Source: Pseudovirgaria hyperparasitica | Taxonomy: Eukaryota | Strand: one strand, 5' to 3' | Length of the DNA stretch: 64,000 nt | Assembly (NCBI GenBank): GCA_010093815.1 | Contig: ML996592.1 | The notes under the pieces: model-generated | What the model saw: the letters and a program-made list of their open reading frames with translations, nothing else | Databases searched by the model: none | Told to the model about the DNA's origin: nothing | Shown: one piece after another, positions 51,100 to 64,000 of the stretch | How positions within the stretch are numbered: the first letter of the stretch is position 1 | Layout of the letters: the number at the start of each line of letters is the position of its first letter | Position numbers and translations under genes: made by a program

Positions 51100-54000
51100 A
51101 ATTTCTACTCTTTAGAAATTAACCTTATTATAAGAGTAGACTACTCTTTTAAATATATTTCTAAATCCTTCTATAATCTATTAGACTACTATTCTATATC
51201 TATAATTCTTATATTTTAATTTCTCTTTATATAGTATAATAGTAGTTTATAGAAATAGCTTTAACTACTTATTATAATACTTATAGTACCGTCTCTTATA
51301 GTAGACCTTCTTCTAACTTAAATAAGAAGAATAGTCTATCTATAACTACCTCTACTAATAACTATATCTTATAGACTATTATACTAATAACTTATATAAT
51401 ATTCTATATAACTATAGAAGATATAATAGAATATAAGAATAGAGTCTATTATACTCTATCTTAGTCTAGTTCTAACTATACTAGACCTAGTCTTAATATA
51501 AGACTAGACTCTATTAATATTAATAAGCTAATTTATTAGAACTATCTAATATCGGCTATACTCTATAATAATATATATACTAGACTATATAAAGAGAGAT
51601 AATATTAGACTTAACTTAAGTAATAACTATATAAACTTAATAAAGCTTAAGGATATACTATAAAACTTAAAGCTATATTATATACTTTAGTTCTAGTAAT
51701 AACTAATTTATATCTATATAGATCTATACTAACTAAAATAGTCTATTCTAGTCTACTACTATCTTAATTATCTTAATCTAAGAAACTATCTTACTTTAAT
51801 AGTAAAAGTAGAAAGAGCTTCTATATATAGACTTATTAATATAGCCGATTCTTCTATCTATTTATAAATAATAGTAATAAAATTAGATTTATCTAGAACT
51901 ATCTTAATCTAATACCTTTAGAATATTAGATAGTATACTAAATTAAATACCCTAAGAATATCTATAACTAGAATACGTTTACTAAATTCCTTCTCTAATA
52001 TTTTTATAATAAAGCTAAATAATATAACTAGGCCTAGGGCTATATCTTTAAGACTTAATAATAAGATAATTAGTTACTATTATAACTTCTTAAATATCTT
52101 TAGTCTCTCTAGAGAGAAGCTAAAGAAGATTATATTATTAAATAATATAATAACTTTAAATAGTTTCTTACTCTAAATATAAAGAACTATCTTAGTCTTA
52201 TAATAATAATCTCTATAGATCTCTAAGCTCTTATAAATCTTATAAAGTAATACTAGTAAATAATAAATAACTAATACTATACTAGTATATAACTATCTCT
52301 AATAATCTAATCTAATATAAAATTATCTAACTAAAACTAATTTAGTAATAGATCTCGTAGAATATTATAAGACTACTACTATATCTTAAACTTAAAACTA
52401 TAAGAATTATATTATAGATCTCTCTACTAATTAATATATTAAGATATAAGAACTAACTTATATAAATAATCTAAAGTTACTTACTATATCTATAGTAGAA
52501 TAGACTATATAGTATCTAAGTACTATTTAGAGAAACTACTAAGTACTAATATAACTAACTAATTAGTTATATATTATAAGTACTAGTAGCTAGAATATAT
52601 CACGCCTAACTATCTAGTATAGAATATAAAAAACTAATAGTCTATAAGAAACCCTTATAACTTATAGAAGTAACTATAATAGAGAGATAATCCGCTAAAT
52701 AGTATATTAAACTATAGACTAGATCTATTAAGGTCCCTTATAGATAATATTAGACTATAATACTTAATAGTAGTTTAGCTACTAATATTATATTAATCTA
52801 ATAAGTATAAGAACTTAATATTAATATCTAAGCTCTAATAGATACTATATTCTATAGTATTAATAGTTCTATTAAGTTATATAGTATCTATACTATTAAA
52901 TATAGTATCTAGAATAGTAGAGAGAAATAGAAACTCTACTACTTATGTAAGGAGGCGGGCTCTACGCACCAACCAACTATACTAAAAGGACCGAATCTTG
53001 AAGCTACTGCTTCAAGGGTGGAGCACACTACTTATATACGACTGCTACACATATGTATAATTAACTAGTAGGCACGTGCCTAATAATATCTCCCCTTTTT
53101 AAAGGCGCGTACCCTTACGCGTTATAGGCATCTACCTTACGAAAGATGAACTAAACTAGCTATAATAGGCCTAGTATACGCGCTAGCTATACTAGGCCTA
53201 GTATAAACCATATACACATAATTAATATTCGTAATACCGCCTCTAGTACTAGACACGCTAACTTACCGTAGTAACGTTACTACCATATTATCTATTACGT
53301 GTATAAAGCACACGTAACGTAGTAAGCTAAACGGAATCGTACGAAATTCAATAACGGTTAACTAGACCGAGAGTTAAACCCGTGACCCCGTAGTAGCTTT
53401 AAGATTATATAAGGAGGCGGGCTCTACGCACTAACTAACTATACTAAAAGAACCGAATCTTAAAGCTACTGCTTCAAGGGTGGAGCATACTACTTATATA
53501 TAACTACTACATACATGTATAATTAACTAGTAGGCACGTGCCTAACAACTTAACCTTTATTATAGTAGATAGTTTCTTTAATATAATTCTAGATATACTA
53601 TAGCTTAAGAAATATAATCTAAAACTAGACTTTCTTAAGAAGATAGCTAGCTAGTATATATATCTATCTTAATAGAAACTAGTATAGCTTATTAATAATA
53701 AATAATTCTAGAAAGATTATAAGAAGGTAATCTCTACTATCTATATACTTTTACTTATCTAAAATAGTAAGCTTAGTATTAAAGTAGATAAAAACCTACT
53801 ATATTAGTATAAAATATACTAATATATTATATTAGTATAAAATATACTAATATATTATATTAGTAATTAATTTCTCTAAATTACCTTAATACTAATCTAC
53901 TAATCTTACTATTAATCTTAAAGATAGCTAGTAACCTCTATATAGATCTATCTACCCTCTTTTAGAATCTAAATTATAAGTCCTTTAAGAATATATTAAA

Positions 54001-54759
54001 AAGAACCTTATATAAGAATAGATTAGATCTAGTATATCTCTAGCTAGAGCTCTAATTCTCATTATAAAGAAGAAGAATAGAAGCCTCTATCTATATATTA
54101 ACTACTATAGCCTAAATAATATTATATAAAAGAATTATTATCTACTACCTCTTATCTCTAAGTCTATTAATAGACTAGAATATATAAAGATCTTTACTAA
54201 GCTTAATCTATATAATATCTACTACTATCTTTATATTAAGAAGGGCGATAAATAGAAAACAGCCTTTAGAATCTATTATAGATACTTAAAGTATACTATA
54301 GTCCCTTTTAGACTAACTAACACACTAGATACCTTTTAAGTATATATTAATAACACACTAGTAGATCTACTTAATATAATATATATTATATATCTAGATA
54401 ATATTCTTATCTTCTTAGATAATAAGAAGAAGTATATCTAGTATATATATATATAGTTCTAGATAGACTAGAAAAGTATAAGCTATATATTAAGCTATCT
54501 AAATATAAGTTCTATTAGAACTATATTAACTTCCTTAGCTTTATTATTATTAACTAAGGTATAACTATAGAGAGAGATAGAGTTACTACTATGATAGACT
54601 AGCCTAAACTAAAATCTATTTAAGATATATATGTCTTTATTAGCTTTACTAACTACTATTAAAAATTTATTAAATACTTCTCCCGTTTAGCTATACTATT
54701 TAATATATATACTACTACTATTAATTTATATATTATAGTCTATAGTAGATAGAAATAGT
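51100..54759 (+). mobile_element. Heavily RIPed Ty3/Gypsy element (Gypsy-4: gag-protease-RT part), cut by LINE-A2; left boundary approximate
   Basis: ~53940-54420 de-RIPs to YGPIYPLSE.EL..LREYI.KNL..GWIRPSTSPAGAPIL.VKKK.GSLRLCIDYRGLN...PLPLI...YLDDILIF. Confidence 0.85.
52946..53547 (-). mobile_element. TRIM-like non-autonomous LTR element (602 bp)
   Basis: 140-bp LTRs at 52946-53085 and 53408-53547 (TG...CA), 5-bp TSD ACTTA at 52941-52945 and 53548-53552. Minus-strand PPT AAAAAGGGGAGA next to the left LTR; 322-bp non-coding interior. Confidence 0.92.
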
Positions 54760-54997
54760 ATAATAATAATAATAATATTATATAACTAGGTAGAGTAGTA
54801 CTCTATAGGCCAATACCTTCTCTAGTCTAAGCTACTGTATAAGAACAAACCCTATAGAGAAAAACTTCCTTATATCTATAACTATATCTTATTAAGCCTC
54901 TATTTTATCTTAAGTATATAGCTATAGAGTACGCCTATTAGTCTATAGTCTATATTACTATTATTTTACCCTTAGATAGTACGTATAGATACGGAGG

Positions 54998-55028
54998 TTA
55001 TTAGTTAAGGGCTACTCTTAACTAATAA
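54998..55028. repeat. Conserved palindrome (3' site of LINE-A2)
   Basis: One C>T mismatch in the right arm. Confidence 0.9.
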
Positions 55029-58000
55029 TTAGGGTTCTTCTAGGGTTCTTCTAGTATATATTAGGTTACTACTAGTATATACTAGGTCTCTTCTAGTATA
55101 TATTTCTAGGTCTACTAGTACTAGAGAAGTAGTAGATATATAAATATCTATTAGAAGATATCCTTAGAGTACTTATTAAGCTATTATATAATATCTAAAG
55201 TCTTTATAATATAGATAAGATATTACTATTATATATAGAGGTTAGGGTATATAGCTAGATAGTAGTATATTATACCTCTCCGGCTATACGCCTTATACTA
55301 TAGAGAGATATTAGAAACGCCTCTCTTATAGAGGTAGTATAGAAGTTCTATAGTATCTATTCGGGCTTAGATAAGTATAGATACTTAGGCTTTTATTAGC
55401 CCTTTATATATCTATTTACTTAGTTCCTTCTATAGTCCTTAAATCTACTCTAGATATCTATTCTACTAGAAGGTCTAGTAGATATAGAGTATCTCTTTCT
55501 ATTTATCTTAGATCTATAACTATATATTTTTTATAAGTTCTTAAAGACTCTACTAGTCTAGAAAAGTATCTAGGTTATCTTAGACTTCTTATATTACTTA
55601 ACTAGAGTCGGCTTCTATTAAGTATCTATACTATATTTAATTCTAGTCTATATATAGAAGTACGCGGTAATATATACTAATTTATATATATAGTATAGTA
55701 AAAGTATATTCTATATTTTCTATATATTTCTATACTTATTATTTAGTAAAGTATACTACCCTCTATATCTAGTAGAAGTTATATATACTTATAATATTTA
55801 TCTTACGTTATAGTAGTACTATGTTAGTAGCTTTATATATACCTAATATAAGATAGAGTATATAGTTCTATATAGATTTAAGCTTTATTTACCTAGTCTA
55901 TATAAGGGCTATATACTAGTACTCGTGTCTATACGTGAAGGCGGGTCGTACTATAGATATATATAGCTAGCGTGCCTTATCCTAGGCGGCTCTCTATATA
56001 GAGACTATAATCTATTATATAGCGGCTTCTATCTAGAGGGCCCTAGAGATAGTATATACTACTTATAGTTCCTATTTAAGCTTATTATCTAGTATAACCC
56101 TAAGTATACGTATACTCTATACTAGCTATTTATTAAATTTATTAATCTAGAGACGATATTTACCTTTTCTAGTTATCTATTTCCCTTAATAGTTAATAAA
56201 GTATATAAGCTAGTATTTCTCTAGAGCGAACTTTACTCTATAGTATTTTACCTACTAGAGATATCTCTTATAGTTCTATTCTAGTTATCTATATATTTAG
56301 TTAGTATTATTATTAATAGCTAGAAGGTATATATTATTAGCATATCTAACTATCTCTATATACCTTATCTCTTAAAGAAGGTCTACTATAAAGAAAAGAA
56401 ATAGAATTAGAGAGATAGTACTCTCTTATAGAATACTATATACTATCTCTTTATATTTACTCTAGTATCTAGAGATATATATCTAAGTTATTCTTTCTAT
56501 AAGAAATAACTATATAAAGCGTATAATCTATTCTAGTATTTATCTTATCTAGAGATTATAAATAAGTCTTATATAGTTTACTTTATTAAACGCTCTAGCT
56601 ATATTAAGAGAGAGAAGTAATACTACCCGTCTCTATTTCTATACGGCCTAGACGACCTTAAGAATATATTAGATAGCTATTATTAGAGAGCTATCTATCT
56701 TTACCTTCTAGTTTAGAGAGAGAAGATTATATTTCTATACTACGGTACTTATCTTCTTTACTATTATAGTCTCTAGTATCTTATCTAGGTAGAAGAGAAG
56801 AACGATTAGTCTCTATCCCTTTAGAGAGTTAGAGCTCTTTTCTAGTTTTAGAAGTATAATAGTATAGATAACTTAGAAGCTCTAGGGGTAGTACCCCTAT
56901 GTAATATATACTTAGAATATATAAGTAATAAGTAGTAGAGTTGCTTGTATAGTACTTTTTAGATATTAATTTAGAATTCTATCTAGTCTAGATACTTTAT
57001 TATTTAGGAGTATCTTAATAATATTAAGTATATTCTCCTCTATAACTTCTTTAGAGATATCTACTATATATAGATATTTAGTACTATAAATATCTAATAG
57101 ATCTACTAGTTCTAGAAGAGAGAATATAGTCTTCTATAGAGTCTTAGTTTTCTTAAGACTTATAGAGTATATTCTTCTCTAATATATTAGAGAAGGTATA
57201 AGTAGTAGGGGTATTAGAGTATCTACGCCCTTAGTCTATCTTACTATATACTATAGCTCTATTATATATTATATCTATTAACTAGTAATTATATACTACT
57301 ATTTACGCCTTTTATTATAGAGGACTTTATCGCGTTATTATATTACTTCCTTCTATTCTTTCTATAACTTAGGTATTCTTATACGGTATACGTATATATA
57401 TAGCCTTTAGATATCTTATCTACTTTTCTATACTTAAGGAATTCTCTTTACTTCTAGAGACTAGTGTATTTAGTATAGTATATATTTATTTCTTATATTC
57501 TAGTATATTTATAGGAGTATCTATATAGCCTAGTCTATAGCTAGGTTATTAGATATATTAACTATAGAGGGATTTAGAATCGCTAATTCTAGGTCCTTTA
57601 GATACTTTTCCTAGTTAGTATTCTTCTATATCTATTATCTCTATTATTTATTTAGAGTATATATATTTATTATAGTTTCTATATATTTATAGTCGGAATC
57701 CGTCTATATCTAGTCTAGATAGTAGTATTAGATCTAGTAGCTAATATACTCCGTAATAAAGGTAAGGTTAAGTATAGATCTATCTTTATTCTATTTATAT
57801 TTTTTCTATATAACTTATTCTATAGATATAAGTAGATATAGAAAGTTATAGTAACGGGTACGTAGTTCCCTTACTCTAAGTTCTTCTCTAACTACGGCTA
57901 GGTCTCTCTACTATTAGTAGTAGAGGTTAAAGTCTCCTAGAAGAATATATTACTCTAGTTTTATAGTACTCTTAAGTATCTTATCTAGTATAAGTATATA

Positions 58001-59770
58001 TTATTAGTTATATATTATATATATATAGAGGGCCTATATCTATTTATAGGTATAGTATTATTCTAAGGTTATTATACTTAGTATATAACTATAATAAGAG
58101 TAGTATCAACCTATAAATATAGAAGAGAACTTATCTTTCTAGTCCTAGGGGGTATATAGTATAGTATCTAGGGTATATAGTTAGTTTACTTATCTAGTAG
58201 TATTTATAGAGTTCCTAGATAGTAAGTATTATAGCCCTAGTCTCTCTAAGAAGCGTCGCCTAGTTCTCTCTTTTATATTATATTTATCTATATAATTTAG
58301 AGTATATTCTAGTCTCTTATTAGATACTAGGGAGTATATATATCTATATACTTATTTCTTAGAGACGCGACTATCCTTACGCGGTAGCGGCTTTAACTAT
58401 ACCTTTTAGTTATTCTATTATCTTTAGAATAGTCTACTATTCTATCTAACTATCTTCTAGAGAGGAGGTTAGAGATATTATAAAGAAAGGGCCTATAGTA
58501 GATATTATATTCTATAACTATCTTATATCTCTTACTTTTATTATATAAATATATTCTATAATCTATTTATATTTTATATACGTTAATAACTATAATAGAT
58601 ATTTTCTATTATAGTTTAAATACTATACTATATCTCTATTTCTTAGTCTATCTCCTTATGGTTTATAAGAGTATCTCTAGATAGTATAGTCCCTACGGTA
58701 CTATCCGCACTTAGTCTACTATAAATACCTTTATATAGTATATCTATACCCTTAATAGTTAAAGTACTATATTATTATCTATACTCTATTCTATAGCTCG
58801 GCTATAAGAAGCTCTTCTTCTACTAGGAATCCCTTCTATATAATATATTATATAATAGCGGGGTCTTAGAGCTCTATAATTATAGTAGAGTGTTTTTTTA
58901 CTATTATCTTAATTATCTATAGGTTCTTCTACTACGCTTTTATAATCTTAATCCCTAGATACTTTTATATATTAGATTATTCTATATATATAATATCCTC
59001 TACTCTAATAGTCTATCTCTATATAGATACTATATAGACTAGAATCGAGTATATAGCTACTCTAATAGACGCGCTAGGGAAGATACTATCTATTATATTT
59101 AGATCTTATAAGATGTTTTACTATATAGTATTTATTATAGTAGTAAGTACTACTCTACCTTATATAACTTTAGTAGCTATAATACTTAACTATATTTCTT
59201 TCTATTTATTAATCTTATTTATAATTTTCTTTAGAGATATCTATTAGACCTACGCTAGTATATTCTTATTCTAGATTATAATATATATACTATATACTCT
59301 ATCTATGGTTCTAGTAGTCCTTAGTATAGTAGCTCCGGGTATTACTATAATCTAAGTCTATATATTAGGGCGCTTACCTTAGAATAGCTCTTTCTAGATT
59401 CTCTATAGACTAGCTTCTATTTAGTTAAGTCTACTACTAGGTTTCTCTTATAGTAACTTTCTTTCTTCTTCTATAATTTCTCTTAGATTCTAGATAAGGT
59501 TCTAGAATATATAAAGAAGGGTCTTCTTTCCCTTCTTAGCGTCCCTCTCTATATATATTATTTAGTATTTAATTTTATCTAGAAGGGTCTCCTCTTATAG
59601 AGTTCCCTTAGTCTAGATTATCTATAGTACTTCGTACCCTTAGTTAGTTTCTATATTTTAGATAGGTATCTAGCTATCTATATTAATATTACTATATAGC
59701 CGTTTCTACTATACTAGTAGGGGTATATCTAGTATATACTAGGGTATTACGGTACCTAAGGCCGCTATAG

Positions 59771-59801
59771 TTATTAGTTAAGGGCTACCCTTAACTAATA
59801 A
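59771..59801. repeat. Conserved palindrome (5' site of LINE-A2)
   Basis: Adjacent to the RIPed ORF1 start (GCCGCTAT, i.e. ATG>ATA on the minus strand). Confidence 0.95.
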
Positions 59802-60038
59802 AAGGGAGTTAGTATATTAGCGTTTATTAGATATAGTCTATACTTATATTATTAAAGAGTCTTTAAGCGTATATATATAGTATCTCTATATATTAGTATT
59901 ATTATATATTATATACTATACGTATATACGTATAATAGAGGTTATTATACTTAGTATACTCTATTACTTAATGTATATAAATTACTATTTTACCCCGAGT
60001 TAACTAGTCTAGTCTATTAGAGTATAAGAAGTAGATCT

Positions 60039-63000
60039 ATAATAATAATAATAATATTATATAACTAGGTAGAGTAGTACTCTATAGGCCTATGCCTTCT
60101 CTAGTCTAAGCCACTATATAAGAAGAAACCCCATAGGGAAAAACTTCCTTATGTCTATAACTACATCTCGTTAAACCTCTATTTCGTCTTAAGTATATAG
60201 CTATAGGGTACGCCTATTAGTCTATAGCCTATATTACTATTATTTCGCCCTTAGGTAGCACGTGTAGATGCGGAGGTTATTAGTTAAGGGCTGCCCTTAA
60301 CTAATAATTGGGGTTCTCCCGGGGTTCTTCCGGTATATATTAGGTTACTACCGGCGTATACCGGGTCTCTTCCGGTATATATTTCTAGGTCCACTAGTAC
60401 TAGAGGAGTGGTAGATATGTAAGTATCTATTAGGAGACGTCCTTAGGGTACTTATTAAGCTATCGTATAATATCTAAAGTCTTTATAATGTGGATAAGCC
60501 ATTACCGTTATATATAGAGGTTAGGGTATATAGCTAGATAGTGGCGTATTATACCTCTCCGGCCGTACGCCTTATACCATAGGGAGATATCAGGAATACC
60601 TCTCTTATAGATATAGTATAGGAGTCCTATAGCGCCCGTTCGGGCTTAGATAAGTATAGATACTTAGGCTTTCGTCAGCCCTTTATATATCTATTTACTC
60701 GGTTCCTTCTATAGCCCTCGAATCTACTCTAGATACCTATTCTACTAGGAGGTCTAGTAGGCACGGAGTGCCTCTTTCTACTTATCTTAAGTCTATAACC
60801 GCATGTTTTTTACGAGTTCTTAAAGGCTCTACTAGTCTAGGAGAGCGTCCGGGTTATCTCGGACTTCTTATACTACTTAGCTAGAGTCGGTTTCTATTAA
60901 TCACCTATACTATATTTGATTCCGGCCTATATATAGGAGTGCGTGGTAATATATACTAATTTATACACGTAGCGCGGCGAAAGTATATTCTACGTTTCCT
61001 ATATATTCCTATACTTATTATTTAGTAAAGTATACCACCCTCTATATCTAGTAGAAGTTATATATACTTATAACGTCTATCTCGCGTCGTAGTAGCACCG
61101 TATTAGTAGCTTTATATACGCCTAATATAAGACGGAGTATACGGTTCTATATGGATTTAAGCTTTATTCGCCTAGTCTATATAAGGGCCGTATACTAGTA
61201 CTCGTGTCTATACGTAAAGGCGGGTCGTGCTATAGATATATATAGCTAGCGTACCTTATCCCGGGCGGTTCCCCACGTAGAGACTATAATCTATTATATA
61301 GCGGCTTCTATCTAGAGGGCCCTAGAGACGGCGTATACCACTTATAGTCCCTATTTAAGCTTGCTATCTAGTATGACTCTAAGCGCGCGCATGCTTTATA
61401 CTAGTAGTTCGTTAAACGCGTCGATTCGGGGGCGTCGTTCGCCTTCTCTAGTTACCTATTTCCCTTAACGGTTAATAAAGTGCATAAGCTGGTATTTCTC
61501 CGGGGCGAACTTTATTCCGTGGCGTTTTACCTACTAGAGGCACCTCTCGTGGTTCTATTCTAGTCGTCTATACGTTCGGTTAGTATTATTATTAATAGCT
61601 AGGAGGTATATATTATTAGCGTATCCGACTACCTCTATATACTTTATTCCTTAAAGAAGGTCTACCATAAAGAAGAGGAATAGAATCAGAGAGATAGTGC
61701 TCCCTTATAGGATGCCATATACCATCTCTTTATATTCGCTCTAGTACCTAGGAATATATATCTAAGTTATTCTTCCTATAAGGAATAACTATATAAAGCG
61801 TATAATCTATTCTAGTATTCGTCTTATCTAGAGGTTATAAATAAGTCTTATATAGTTTACCTTATTAAACGCTCCGGCTATATCGAGGGAGAGGAGCGAT
61901 ACTACCCGTCCCTATTTCTATGCGGCCTAGACGACTTTAATAATATATTAGATAGCTATTATTAGGGAGCTATCTATCTTTACCTTCTAGTTCGGAGGGA
62001 GGAGATTATATTCCTATACCGCGCTACTTATCTTCTTCACTACTATAGCCTCTAGTATCTTATCTAGGTAGGAGAGAAGGGCGATTAGTCTCTATCCCTT
62101 TAGAGAGTTAGGGCTCTTTCCTAGTTTCGGGAGTATAATAGTATAGATAACTCGGAAGCTCTAGGGGTGGTATCCCTACGTGACGTATGCTTAGAATATA
62201 TAAGTAATAAGCGGTAGGGTCGCTTTTATAGTGCTTTTTAGACATCGATTTAGAATTCCATCTGGTCCGGGTGCTTTATTATTTAGGAGTGTCTTAATAA
62301 TATTAAGTATATCCTCCTCCGTAACTTCTTTAGGGATATCTACTATATATAGATATTCGGCGCCATAAACGTCTAATAGGTCTACTAGTTCCGGGAGAGG
62401 GAACATGGCCTCCCGTAGGGCCTTAGTTTTCTTAAGGCTCGTGGAGTATATTCTCCCCTAATATATTAGGGGAGGCATAAGTAGCGGGGGTGTCGGAGTA
62501 TCTACGCCCTTAGCCTATTTCGCTATACGCCATAGCCCTATTACGTATCGTATCTATTAGCTAGTAATTATACGCTACTATTTACGCCTTTCGTTACGGA
62601 GGACTTTATCGCGTTATTATATTACTTTCTTCTATTCTTCCTACGACTCGGGTATTCTCATACGGTATACGCGTATATATAGCCTTCGGGCGTCTTATCT
62701 ACTTTCCCGTACTTAAGGAATCCCCTTTACTTCCGGGGGCCGGTATATTTAGTATAGTACGTGTTTATTTCTCGCCTTCTAGTATATTTATAGGAGTATC
62801 TATACGGCCTAGTCTATAGCTAGGTCGTTAGATATATCGACTATAGAGGGATCTAGAATCGCCGATTCTAGGTCCTTTAGGTACTTTTCCTAGTCGGTGT
62901 CCTTCTATATCTATTATCCCCGTTATTTATTCGGGGTATACACGTTTATTACGGTTTCTATATATTCATGGTCGGAATCCGTCTATACCTAGCTTAGGCG

Positions 63001-64000
63001 GTAGTATTAGATCTAGTAACTAATATACTCCGTGGCGAAGGTAAGGTCAAGCGTGGACCCGTCTTCGTCCTATTTATATTTTTTCTATATAACTTATTCC
63101 ATAGGTATAAGTAGGTATAGAAAGTCGTGGTAGCGGGTGCGTAGTTCCCTTACTCTAAGTTCTTCCCTTACCACGGTTAGGCCTCCCTACTATTAGTAGT
63201 AGAGGTTAAAGTCTCCTAGAAGGATGTGTTACCCTAGTTCCGTAGTACCCTCGAGCATCTCGTCTAGTATAAGTATATATTATTAGTTATATATATTATA
63301 TATATATAGGGGGCCTATATCTATTTATAGGTGTAGTATTATTCTAAGGTTATCGCGCTTAGTATACGACCATAATAAGAGTAGTATAGACCTATAAATA
63401 TGGAAGAGGACTCGTCTTTCTAGTTCTAGAGGGTATATAGTATGGTATCCGGGGTATATAGTTAGTTTACTCGTCTAGTAGTATTTATAGGGTTCCTAGA
63501 TGGCGAGTATTATAGCCCTAGTCTCTTTAAGGAGCGTCGTCTAGTTCTCTCTTTTATATTATACGTTTACCTATATAATTTAGAGTATATTCTAGTCCCT
63601 TATTAGGTACTAGGAAGTATATATACCTATATACTTATTCCTTAGAGGCGCGACTGTCCTCGCGCGGTAGCGGCTTTAACTATACCTTTTAGTCGTCCTA
63701 TTATCTTCGGGATAGTCTACTATTCTACCTAACTACCTTCCGGAGGGGAGGTTAGGGGTGTTATAAAGGAAGGGCCCGTAGTAGGTATTATATTCTATAA
63801 CTATCTTACGCCTCTCGCTTTTATCGTACGAATGTATTCTATAATCTATTTATGTTTTATACACGTTATTAACCACGACGGGTATTTCCCGTCATAGTTT
63901 AAATACTATGCTATGTCCCTATTTCTTAGTCCGTCTCCTCGCGGTTTATAAGGGCACTCCTAGGTGGCGTGGTCCCTATAGTACTATCCGTACTTGGTCT
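60039..64000 (-). mobile_element. Tad1-like LINE subfamily A, copy A3 (less RIPed; runs out of the window)
   Basis: (TAA)n tail at ~60039. ORF-track peptide 62191-62406 retains KAPGPDGILNRCLK of the RT. Confidence 0.92.
60277..60307. repeat. Conserved palindrome (3' site of LINE-A3; unmutated CTG centre)
   Basis: TTATTAGTTAAGGG-CTG-CCCTTAACTAATAA. Confidence 0.95.

Larger units (their letters stand above)
54760..60038 (-). mobile_element. Tad1-like LINE subfamily A, near full-length, heavily RIPed copy A2
   Basis: Reverse complement of A1 plus the native ORF1 5' part and 5' UTR; (TAA)n tail at 54760. Confidence 0.9.

Overview
Filamentous ascomycete (Pezizomycotina-type) genomic DNA. Two AT-rich blocks of nested transposon relics (about 1-33.4 kb and 41.3-64 kb) carry a strong RIP signature: TpA excess, CpA/TpG loss, and TAA/TAG stops where CAA/CAG/TGG are expected. 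They flank an ~8 kb GC-balanced island with one clear 6-exon MFS transporter gene (allantoate/nicotinate permease type). Manual de-RIPing resolves three Ty3/Gypsy elements (one complete, with 228-bp LTRs and a TSD), a 602-bp TRIM-like mini LTR element with a Tf1-type self-priming structure, a Tc1/IS630-type transposase, and five long copies plus one 3' fragment of two related Tad1-like LINE subfamilies (A and B). The most unusual signal is a 31-39 bp near-perfect palindrome, TTATTAGTTAAGGG-CAG-CCCTTAACTAATAA (inferred pre-RIP TTGTTGGTCAAGGGCAGCCCTTGACCAACAA), present 11 times. It sits just before the ORF1 start codon and at the end of ORF2 in both LINE subfamilies, and also inside the polyprotein of an unrelated Gypsy element. 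Also notable are a chimeric LINE carrying 1.2 kb of foreign 5' sequence inside its target-site duplication and a possible antisense Cys-rich accessory ORF in a Gypsy 3' region. The 3.1-kb duplication across the N gap is probably an assembly artefact. All de-RIPed translations are my manual inference; no database search was run.
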